From assembly GCA_965214835.1 (NCBI GenBank), contig CBDCCK010000002.1, positions 3,008,001-3,072,000 of the forward strand: DNA of 64,000 nt. The letters are read 5' to 3'. Below, piece after piece: positions 39,918 through 48,348 of this stretch. Numbering within the stretch: the first letter of the stretch is position 1; each line of letters begins with the position of its first letter. The notes under the pieces are model-generated. The model did not search any database, was not told the origin of the DNA, and worked only from the letters and a program-made list of their open reading frames with translations. The position numbers and the translations under genes were made by a program. The DNA comes from Nitrosopumilaceae archaeon. GTDB lineage: Archaea > Thermoproteota > Nitrososphaeria > Nitrososphaerales > Nitrosopumilaceae.

Positions 39918-41012
39918 TTGTCTGGCAGCTCAATCGGTAAAAGACTGGTCTTAACAAGCTTTGGCGAGAGCCACGGAAGGTGCATAGGAGCTGTCCTAGA
40001 CGGATGTCCTGCCGGCCTGGAACTAGGGGAGGAGGACATTCAAGGGATGCTGGACTATAGAAGGCCGGGACAGTCCGGGATCACGACGCAGAGAAAGGAG
40101 GGCGACATGGTGGAGATCATCTCGGGTGTCTTCAGGGGCCGTACGACGGGGGCCCCCATCACCATGATAGTCTGGAACAAGGATCAGCACTCAAAGGACT
40201 ATGACGAGCTCAAAAGAAAGCTGAGGCCCGGACACTCGGACTATCCGGCCATGGTAAAGTACGGCGGATACAACGACATCCGCGGGGGAGGCAGGTTCTC
40301 TGGAAGGCTTACAGCAACCCACGTAATGGGGGGCGCAGTCGCAAGAAAGCTCCTCAGGGTCACGCTGGGAATCGAGACCAACTCGTATACTGCGCAAATA
40401 GGCAAGGTTGCAATGTCAGGACAGCCCACAAAGAAGATGGTATCATCAGTCTATTCAAACGACGTCAGGTGTCCGGATGAAAAGACCGCGGGAAAAATGA
40501 AGGCTGCAATCCTGGCTGCAAGAAAAGGGGGGGACTCGCTGGGAGGGATAATCGAGTCGGTGACGACCGGCGTTCCGGTCGGGATCGGAGAGCCGATATT
40601 TGGCTCCCTGGAATCGGAACTGAGCAGGGCCATGTTCTCAATCCCGTCAGTCAAGGGAGTGGAGTTTGGCTCGGGCTTTGCAGGCTCGAGCCTGTACGGC
40701 TCGCAAAATAATGATTTGTACGTAATAAAAGGTGGGAAGATCCAGACTAGGACTAACAACTCAGGGGGAATCCTAGGCGGGGTATCAAACGGGATGCCGA
40801 TTACGATGCGGGTGGCATTCAAGCCGGCCTCGTCTATTGCAAAGCCGCAAAAGACCATAGACATCAAGACCAAAAAGGCCGCAACCCTCGCAGTCAAGGG
40901 CAGGCACGATCCGTGCGTGGTGCCAAGGGCTCCCCCGGTCGTAGACTCGCTTGTCTCGCTTGTCCTTGCCGACCAGGCGCTGATTGGCGGCCTTATCAGG
41001 CCGGTTCTCTAG
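39918..41012 (+). CDS. aroC: chorismate synthase
   Basis: FGESHG, RRPGQS, RPGH.D, GGGR.SGR and GRHDPC motifs; TTG start chosen, ATTATAA about 27 nt upstream. Confidence 0.95.
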   Translation: MSGSSIGKRLVLTSFGESHGRCIGAVLDGCPAGLELGEEDIQGMLDYRRPGQSGITTQRKEGDMVEIISGVFRGRTTGAPITMIVWNKDQHSKDYDELKRKLRPGHSDYPAMVKYGGYNDIRGGGRFSGRLTATHVMGGAVARKLLRVTLGIETNSYTAQIGKVAMSGQPTKKMVSSVYSNDVRCPDEKTAGKMKAAILAARKGGDSLGGIIESVTTGVPVGIGEPIFGSLESELSRAMFSIPSVKGVEFGSGFAGSSLYGSQNNDLYVIKGGKIQTRTNNSGGILGGVSNGMPITMRVAFKPASSIAKPQKTIDIKTKKAATLAVKGRHDPCVVPRAPPVVDSLVSLVLADQALIGGLIRPVL

Positions 41013-41014
41013 GC

Positions 41015-42379
41015 ATGTCAGACATCAATGATCTTCGCAACAGGATGGATCAGGTCACGCTGGACATGGTAAGGCTGCTCAAGCAGAGGACAGACATAGC
41101 AAGGGAGATAGGCGAGGTCAAAAAAACAATAGGCAAGGGAGTCACAGACAAGGCAAGGGAGGACAGCCTCAGGGACAAGGTAATCGCGCTCTCAGGCGAG
41201 GTGGGACTAGACGAGAACCTGGCATCAAAGTTCCTCAACTTTCTGATAAACGAGTCAGTAAGGGTGCAGTCAGGGGACAGGCAGACGCACCTCTCGATCT
41301 TCTTGCAGGCCAGAAGGCTAGAACGGCAGGGGAAAAAAATCATCCACATGGAGGTAGGTGAGCCGGACTTTATGCCGCCGTGGATAGTCAGGACCGCAAT
41401 GCAAGAGTCGTTTGACAGGGGATTCCTGAGATACGGTGAGGCCGAGGGAAGAATCGAGCTTAGAAGGACACTGGCGCAAAAGACATCAGGGGACTACGGC
41501 GTGCGGATAAACGAGGAGAACATCCTGATCACCCCGGGGGCAAGGTTCTCGGTCTTTCTTGCAATCACGACGCTGCTCAATCCCGGAGACGAGGTGATAA
41601 CCATCGAGCCTGCATGGCCCGCATACCGCGACTGCGCGCTGCACGCCGGAGTCAAGATCCGCCCGGTGGCAACGACCCTGGAGGACAGGTGGGAGCCCAG
41701 AGTCGGGCAAATCGATGAGTTGATCAGCTCAAACACAAAGATGATCGTGCTCAACTATCCAAACAACCCCACCGGAAAGATCCTGCCCGTACCGCTACAG
41801 GACAAAATCATCGGGCTGGCAAAGAGCAATGATCTCTACGTGCTAAGCGACGAGATCTATGCCCAGTATGCTAGGGTCCCGTGGAAGAGCGTCCTGGAAT
41901 ACGGATACGGCAAGTCAGTCGTGGTGCAGTCGTTCTCAAAGTCCCATGCAATGACGGGGTTCAGGATAGGGTACAGTGTTGCCGCAAAGCCCATAGTCGA
42001 CAGGATGGCAGGCCTCCAGGCGCTGTCGCTGACAAGCGTCTCAGAACCCATGCAGTACTGCGCGATGGCAGCGGCAGGCCAGGACACCTCAGGAAATACC
42101 GCCACAGTCAACTCCAGGCTGGATCTCCTATCGGAGAGGGCCGGGGCGATGGGGTTGGAGTTTGCCGAGCCCGATGGGGCGATGTACCTCTTTGCCAGGG
42201 CAGGCACGGGGGGCCCTGACGGGGCAGAGCTTGCCCGCAGGGCGCTAGGGGAGGGATTGGCAGTCGCCCCGGGCCAGGGATTTGGCGACTATAAAGAGTT
42301 TGTCCGGATTTCTGCCTGCAGGGACGAAAAGACACTAAAGGAGGGCATGGATATACTAAGTGGAGTCATGAGGAGATAG
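41015..42379 (+). CDS. chorismate mutase - class I/II aminotransferase fusion
   Basis: N-terminal AroQ-like LR..MD......LL..R...RE; GEPDF, PNNPTG, SDEIY and SFSKSHAMTGFRIGY motifs. Confidence 0.88.
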   Translation: MSDINDLRNRMDQVTLDMVRLLKQRTDIAREIGEVKKTIGKGVTDKAREDSLRDKVIALSGEVGLDENLASKFLNFLINESVRVQSGDRQTHLSIFLQARRLERQGKKIIHMEVGEPDFMPPWIVRTAMQESFDRGFLRYGEAEGRIELRRTLAQKTSGDYGVRINEENILITPGARFSVFLAITTLLNPGDEVITIEPAWPAYRDCALHAGVKIRPVATTLEDRWEPRVGQIDELISSNTKMIVLNYPNNPTGKILPVPLQDKIIGLAKSNDLYVLSDEIYAQYARVPWKSVLEYGYGKSVVVQSFSKSHAMTGFRIGYSVAAKPIVDRMAGLQALSLTSVSEPMQYCAMAAAGQDTSGNTATVNSRLDLLSERAGAMGLEFAEPDGAMYLFARAGTGGPDGAELARRALGEGLAVAPGQGFGDYKEFVRISACRDEKTLKEGMDILSGVMRR

Positions 42380-42383
42380 GAAA

Positions 42384-43238
42384 ATGGACAAAAAAATCAC
42401 AATAATCGGCGCAGGCGGAAAGATGGGAAAATGGTTCTGCAAATACTTTGTCGGCATGGGATTTGAGGTGACCGGGCACGACTCTGAAAACAAGGTCACA
42501 GGAAGGGGCGTAAGCGTATCGGACTCGCTGGTAGGCTCGATCCTCAACACGGACTATGTGGTGCTGTGCACCCCGACGAGGAGGACACCGGAGATCATCA
42601 GGCTGATTGCAAAGGAGATGAAGCGCGGAACGTACCTGATTGACATATCATCAGAAAAGGCCAAGACAATGTCGGCGCTAGCAAAGATTCCGGCAAAGAT
42701 CAACCCGATCTGCATCCATCCCATGTTCGGACCCGGCACGAAGAAACTAAGGGGCAAAAACGTCGTCTCGATCCCGGTAAAGGACGCCAAAAAGGAGCTT
42801 GCAGTGGCAAAGTCGCTGTTCCCGGGTGCCGACTTTGTAACGATTGACTCGTCCGAGCACGACAAAAAGATCGCGGTGATTCTGGGACTGACGCATCTGG
42901 TAAACCTGGTCTTTGCAAACATCCTCTCAAAGGACGAAAAGGTCTCGCTGACCGAAAAGATGTCCGGCACTACATTCAAGATACAAAAGATCCTCTCCGA
43001 GAGCATCATGACCGAGTCGCCGGAGCTAATCGAGACCATCATCGCAAACCCGGAGATCCGAAAGGTGGCCGAAGAGTTCTGGAAGGACATAGGTAGGCTG
43101 CTCACCTCCGTGCAGGAGGCCAAGACCGAGGAGGTCGTAAACTATGTCAGGGAATGCCAGAAGAGGTTGCAGGAAAACTCGGATCCCGAGGCATCCTACA
43201 AAAAGCTCACGTCGATGATCAATACCGTAGAAAGATAG
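42384..43238 (+). CDS. tyrA: prephenate dehydrogenase
   Basis: GAGGKMG, DISSEK, HPMFGP, EHD and GLTH motifs. Confidence 0.88.
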   Translation: MDKKITIIGAGGKMGKWFCKYFVGMGFEVTGHDSENKVTGRGVSVSDSLVGSILNTDYVVLCTPTRRTPEIIRLIAKEMKRGTYLIDISSEKAKTMSALAKIPAKINPICIHPMFGPGTKKLRGKNVVSIPVKDAKKELAVAKSLFPGADFVTIDSSEHDKKIAVILGLTHLVNLVFANILSKDEKVSLTEKMSGTTFKIQKILSESIMTESPELIETIIANPEIRKVAEEFWKDIGRLLTSVQEAKTEEVVNYVRECQKRLQENSDPEASYKKLTSMINTVER

Positions 43239-43245
43239 GGCCGTC

Positions 43246-43650
43246 ATGCGTTCGACCAAGATTGTGACTGCCTTTATTCGGGACGGCAAAAGGTTCCTGA
43301 TTCTGAGGCGGAGTGACAGGGTAAAGACCATGAGGGGGCTGTGGGCCGCAGTGAGCGGGATCATCGAGGGGGGCGAGGAGCCCCTTTGCAGGGCAAAGAT
43401 CGAGATCTTCGAGGAGCTGGGCATAACCGAGGACAAGATCAGGCTAGTGCGGACGGCCAGGAAGATGCGCATAACCTCGCCCCAGTACAGGAATCACGAG
43501 TGGGAGGTATTTCCGTTCCTGTTTTCTGCAAAGAGTCCCAAGGTCACGCTGAACTGGGAGAACTCAGAGTACAGGTGGGCCACCATGGATCAGATGTCCC
43601 GGTACAAGACGGTTCCAAGCCTCAGGGACGTGCTGCTCTGCCTGCTGTAG
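43246..43650 (+). CDS. NUDIX hydrolase
   Basis: SG.IE.GEEP...A..EI.EELG Nudix box; LNWEN motif. Confidence 0.88.
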   Translation: MRSTKIVTAFIRDGKRFLILRRSDRVKTMRGLWAAVSGIIEGGEEPLCRAKIEIFEELGITEDKIRLVRTARKMRITSPQYRNHEWEVFPFLFSAKSPKVTLNWENSEYRWATMDQMSRYKTVPSLRDVLLCLL

Positions 43651-43765
43651 CGCGCACAAGCAACCCTGCCTTGCACGGCCACAGCACACGCATCAAAAAC
43701 TGGAACACGGTTTTGACATGTCGCGCCTATTTCGATAAGCATCCCGTTTTCAACTGTGCGCACTA

Positions 43766-44000
43766 CAGCCAGGCGAAATAAGTGGGGTTTGTTGTTTTGC
43801 CTTGCTATTGAGGCGCCGTGCCTCCTGTCCAGCCTGTAACAGGCTAGCCCCTGCCCAGAGTTGGAGCTGCGTCCCTTACCGGACAGGCATGAAAACCACA
43901 ACTGCAGGCAGATTCGCGCCTGATTGCTGCCTAGGCAGGGGCTAGCCTGTTACTCCAGTTTTTGTTTTTGCTCGATTTCAGGGTACTTTTCACTTGGCTG
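43766..44000. mobile_element. family C MITE containing a nested 118-bp MITE (43836-43953)
   Basis: Outer parts match the reverse complement of 649-758; the inner element has a perfect 20-bp TIR GTAACAGGCTAGCCCCTGCC. Confidence 0.8.
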
Positions 44001-44031
44001 TACACGCTAGCTCCCAGGCCCCAGGGACGTG

Positions 44032-45360
44032 CTATTCTGCCTGCTGCAGGCCCTCGCGCGGCTTTTCGTACCCCCTCTGCTGGGGCAGCATGAGGTATAC
44101 GCAGGCGCCTCCGCACATCGTGCACGGGACGTTGTTTCCCGGATGCTGCCCGGTCCTGCCGTGGATGCGCGCTGCCTCCTCGGGATCAATGGACAGCGCA
44201 ATCTGCCTCTCCCAGTCAAGGGTGCGGCGGGCCTCTGTCATCTGCCTGTCCCACTTTATTGCCTTGTCACGGATCTTTACCAGGTCGCCGGCATGCGCTG
44301 CAATCCTGTACGCAATCAGGCCGGCCTTGACCTCCTCGGCGTTTGGCAGGGCAAGGTGCTCGGATGGCGTGAGATAGCACAGCAGGTCGACGCCCTCGCT
44401 TGCAGAGACTGCGGCCCCTATGGCGCTTGCGATGTGGTCGTGGCCCGATGCTACGTCCGTTACCAGCGGGCCGAGGACATAATAGGGGACATCGCCTATC
44501 AGCGACTTTGCAAGCCTGACGTTTGCTGCGACCTCGTCTAGCGGCACGTGTCCGGGCCCCTCGACCATGACCTGGACGTCCTTCTCGCGCGCCTGCCTTG
44601 CCAGCCGGGATATGTTGATCATCTCCTGCACCTGCAGCTCGTCATGGGAGTCCAGGATAGAGCCGGGGCGCAGGGCGTCGCCGAGGCTGAAGGTGACATC
44701 GTACTTGCGTGCCACCTCAACCAGATAGTCAAAGTGGGAATGGTAGGGGTTCTCCTTTTCGTACTTTAGCATCCAGGCAGCGGTGATTGTCCCGCCCTTG
44801 CTTACCACGCCGCCGTGCCTCTGCACCTTGAGGATCCTCTTGGCTATATCCCTGGTGATGCCGGAGTGTATCGTGGTATAGTCGACGCCGTCCCTTGCAT
44901 TGTTCTCAAAGGCGTTGAGAAAGTCGTCCTCTGTCAGGTCCAGTGGGTTCTTGTGCGCCTCGACGCCGTGGTTGTAGGCCTCGTATATCGGAACGGTTCC
45001 AAACGTGATCGGCGCTGCCTCTAGCAGTGCCTGCCGGATTGCGCCGACATGGCCGCCGTCGCTGAGATCCATTATGGTGTCTGCATGATACTTTACTGCG
45101 ACCCTTGCCTTTTGGATCTCCTCGTCCAGGTTGACGTTCAGGGTAGAGGTCCCGATGTTGACGTTGACCTTGGTCTTCAGGCCCCTGCCGATTCCGACGC
45201 GGTGGACCCTCTGTTTTCTCGCGTTGTTGCTCGGGATTATGATGGAGCCCCCGGCGATCTTGGGCAGGAGCCAGTCCAGCGTCACGTCCTCGTCTAGTGC
45301 GACCTGCCTCATCTCGTCTGTTGCGACGCCTCGCCGGGCGTGGCTCATCTGGGTGCTCAA
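44032..45360 (-). CDS. thiC: phosphomethylpyrimidine synthase
   Basis: KVNVNIGTS, MDLS, GTVPIY, LGDALRPG, EGPGH, DHI, EHL and CTMCG...C motifs. Confidence 0.95.
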   Translation of the reverse strand: MSTQMSHARRGVATDEMRQVALDEDVTLDWLLPKIAGGSIIIPSNNARKQRVHRVGIGRGLKTKVNVNIGTSTLNVNLDEEIQKARVAVKYHADTIMDLSDGGHVGAIRQALLEAAPITFGTVPIYEAYNHGVEAHKNPLDLTEDDFLNAFENNARDGVDYTTIHSGITRDIAKRILKVQRHGGVVSKGGTITAAWMLKYEKENPYHSHFDYLVEVARKYDVTFSLGDALRPGSILDSHDELQVQEMINISRLARQAREKDVQVMVEGPGHVPLDEVAANVRLAKSLIGDVPYYVLGPLVTDVASGHDHIASAIGAAVSASEGVDLLCYLTPSEHLALPNAEEVKAGLIAYRIAAHAGDLVKIRDKAIKWDRQMTEARRTLDWERQIALSIDPEEAARIHGRTGQHPGNNVPCTMCGGACVYLMLPQQRGYEKPREGLQQAE

Positions 45361-45496
45361 TGCATACCGTTGGCAGTAGCCCGATTTAAACAATCATAAA
45401 AACCTCTGATCGCGGCGGGAAATCCGGCGATCCGGCCCGGGCACTATAAAGAAATTATGGATCCATGTTATATGCCAGATCGATCTATATTATACC

Positions 45497-45595
45497 ATGA
45501 AAATGATCAAGGAATGCCTGCACTGCGGCAGGGAGTATCACAACACCAACAGCGGGGATTTTTGCTCATTCAAGTGCGCCAGCGAGGTCTCCTGA
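45497..45595 (+). CDS. 32-aa zinc-ribbon microprotein
   Basis: MKMIKECLHCGREYHNTNSGDFCSFKCASEVS; AT-rich TATA-like stretch upstream. Confidence 0.5.
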   Translation: MKMIKECLHCGREYHNTNSGDFCSFKCASEVS

Positions 45596-45904
45596 ACCCC
45601 CCCCCCCCAGATCCCAGATTCTGATGAAACCTGCCCGTCTCCATGCTTTGCCTTCAGGCGCGCCCGGCTCGTGGAGGCGTGCGGATCCACAGTGAAAGGC
45701 ATGATTTCGTCAACAACGGAAAGGCGTCTCCCGGGCATGGCTCATGCCCATGCGTGTTGAGGAACTTTTGCTTCACACCATGCAGGCGGGCCTGCTTTGA
45801 GCTGTCCCGGATCCGGGCCGTCTTGTCGGGCGCTTTTGGGAGGACTGGCCGGCTCCGTGGTTGAAATCACCCCCACCGGCGCAATCCTCCGGTAGAATCA
45901 AAAC

Positions 45905-45996
45905 GTACAAGGTCACCTATCCCCATCAGTCAGGCACGAATTAGATGCATGATTGTGATTTTCGTGCCTAGCTAACAAGGGGACGTGACCACATAC
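45905..45996. mobile_element. IS66-derived MITE (family E)
   Basis: 8-bp TSD ATCAAAAC. Confidence 0.88.
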
Positions 45997-46299
45997 ATCA
46001 AAACACTGCAGGGGCAGTCCAAGCCAACTCCTCCCTTGCCCGGGTCATACCACAATCACCAGCCCGATTGTGACCCCGCAGCCGGCTGCGGCCCGGAGCA
46101 TCTCTGCGGCCTGCTCGGCATACAGCCCTCTTTGGACATCGTGGCCAGGAGCGCTGCAACATCCGTTTCATTGTACCGGTGCCGGGGGAAAGCCCCGAAT
46201 GGATACATGTCCGATCATCCCTTTGGAAATGGAGCAACCCTGGCGAAAGCCATGCCCCAGATCACGAAATCCTAGAAAATGCCTAAAAAGATCTCACAT

Positions 46300-46780
46300 G
46301 GATGGGCTTGTGCGCACATATGACAGGTTCAACAGCGCAAACGTACGAGGTCACCTACCCCCTCAGTCAGGCACAAATTAGCATGAATGATTGTGATCTT
46401 CGTGCCTAGCTGGCAAGGGGACGTGACCACATACGCGCAAACTTTGCATTATCTCAAGCAGGCGCGCAAAAAGTGGGGAAAGGTCCTGATGGCGATGGAC
46501 AACGCAATACAGCACAAGACCAGCAAGGTTCGCAGATACCTAAAGAAAAATCCCGACGTTGTCCTGCCGTACCTGCCGGTAGCCAGGCCGGAGCTGAGCG
46601 CCACAGAGGCAGTCTGGAAGGATGCCAAGTACAGGCTGGTCACGCCGGCCTTTTATGACGCGGCGGATCACCTCAAAAGGGCCGTCTCGGAATACTTTAG
46701 GACGTGTTCCATCAAGATTGACATCTACAGGTATCTTGAGCGCAGCGTGTAAGGGAGGCGAAATTTTCAATGACCATCAG
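46300..46780 (+). pseudogene. IS630 3' remnant interrupted by a family E MITE (46343-46434)
   Basis: Closely similar to 2884-3260; MITE TSD GCGCAAAC; right TIR followed by TA. Confidence 0.85.
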
Positions 46781-46978
46781 TATAGTCCTAATGACGTCTC
46801 ATGGTTTTCAGGAATTCTGGCGAGCTAGGCTACAACCTGCTTTGCATGTGCAAATCATCCGCACCGGACGCAAGATGGGATGGGATGCCCGCCTTCTGGC
46901 TATTCAGGCGGCATGGCGCAAGTGGCAGTGACAGCGATCCCCCATTTCAGCACCATCAAAGGCTAGCGGCACCGCGCA

Positions 46979-48271
46979 GTGGCAGAATTATATCCCAGAG
47001 TCTTGCACAAGAACCGATTGGAAAGGCTGGAGTTTGACTTGGTAGTCGTCGGGGGAGGGCCGGCAGGATCCTCGGCAGCATACGCGGCATCAAAGGCCGG
47101 ACTGAGGGTCGGACTGGTTGAAAAGGAGTCGTCCATTGCAGAGTCTGTTCGGACCAGCGGCGTCACCTGGATCGAGGAGGTTGAAAGGTACGGAATCCCC
47201 GAGGACTGCTACAACCCGGTCAGCAAATTCGTGTTTTGCTCGCCAAACAACAAGGCCAGCATAGGGGACTCGGTTGCGCGCTCCGCGGTGCTAGACGTAA
47301 GAAAGACGTACCGGTGGCTGGCATCGGAGGCAGAGTCCGAGGGCGCCCAAATCCACGTCGGCACCTCTGTAAGATCTGCAATCAAGGACGGGTCCGGCAG
47401 GATAGCAGGGGTCAGGGCCACAAGGCGTGGGGGCGAGGTAGAGTTCCACGGCAGGATGGTCATAGACGCAAGCGGTTTTCAGTCAACCGTCGCAAGATCG
47501 CTTGGACTGGTCGGGCAGTGGAGAAGGTTCGGGGCCGGTGCAGAGTACGAGGCAAGGGTGGAGCATGTGGATCCGGACACGTGGTGGCTGATGGTTGGGC
47601 AAAAGTACTCTCCGGCCGGATACGCCTGGATTTTTCCACTAGACGGCAGGACTGCAAGAATCGGCGTGGGCATCGGAAAGCCGGACTCCCAGGTGGATCC
47701 CGCTGCAAGGCTTGATGAGCTCATAGAAAACAGGGAGGGGCCGATCGCGGATCTTGGAAGAATCGAGCCAATAGAGTTCCATTACGGGCTGATACCAAAT
47801 GACGGCCTTGCAAGAAGGACGGTCTATGACAACCTGATCCTCGTGGGGGACGCCGCAGGCCAGGCAAACCCCCTGGTTCTGGAGGGAATACGCTACGCCA
47901 TAAGATTCGGCAGGATAGCAGGGGAGGTGGCATCAAGGGCGGTAAATGCAGGCGACACGTCCGAGGGGGGGCTGGCAGAGTACGAGGAGCGCTGGAAGAA
48001 GGAAATCGGATCCAAGGTGGCCTCGGCGGGGAGGGTGCAGGAGAGGTGGATGGGACTGACCGATGAGGAATGGGACAGGGAGCTTGACATAATCGGCGAG
48101 CTCAGGCCCGGGGAGTTCCTGGACTTTATCAGGGCCGACTTTGGACTGCCGGACATGCTAAGGCTTGCGGCCAGCCATCCAAAGCTGGCAGTCAGGCAGC
48201 TGTTCTCCATGGTCAAAAATGCCGCAGGATCCATGGGACGCAACAGCTCGGGCTCTGGAGGCCATTCCTGA
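46979..48271 (+). CDS. geranylgeranyl reductase-family FAD oxidoreductase
   Basis: GGGPAG, DASG, GYAWIFP and GDAAG..NP...EGI motifs; the stop falls within a family F MITE. Confidence 0.88.
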   Translation: MAELYPRVLHKNRLERLEFDLVVVGGGPAGSSAAYAASKAGLRVGLVEKESSIAESVRTSGVTWIEEVERYGIPEDCYNPVSKFVFCSPNNKASIGDSVARSAVLDVRKTYRWLASEAESEGAQIHVGTSVRSAIKDGSGRIAGVRATRRGGEVEFHGRMVIDASGFQSTVARSLGLVGQWRRFGAGAEYEARVEHVDPDTWWLMVGQKYSPAGYAWIFPLDGRTARIGVGIGKPDSQVDPAARLDELIENREGPIADLGRIEPIEFHYGLIPNDGLARRTVYDNLILVGDAAGQANPLVLEGIRYAIRFGRIAGEVASRAVNAGDTSEGGLAEYEERWKKEIGSKVASAGRVQERWMGLTDEEWDRELDIIGELRPGEFLDFIRADFGLPDMLRLAASHPKLAVRQLFSMVKNAAGSMGRNSSGSGGHS

Positions 48272-48348
48272 CTTTAGGCACGGATTGCACTCGATCGGGT
48301 TTCCGGGGGGCAAAATCCGCACCTGAGATTCCAGATCCCTGGCAGCTA

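Noticed and set aside
45361-45496. TPP riboswitch upstream of thiC
   Set aside because: No CTGAGA or ACCTG..GTA.GGA core is visible on the coding strand
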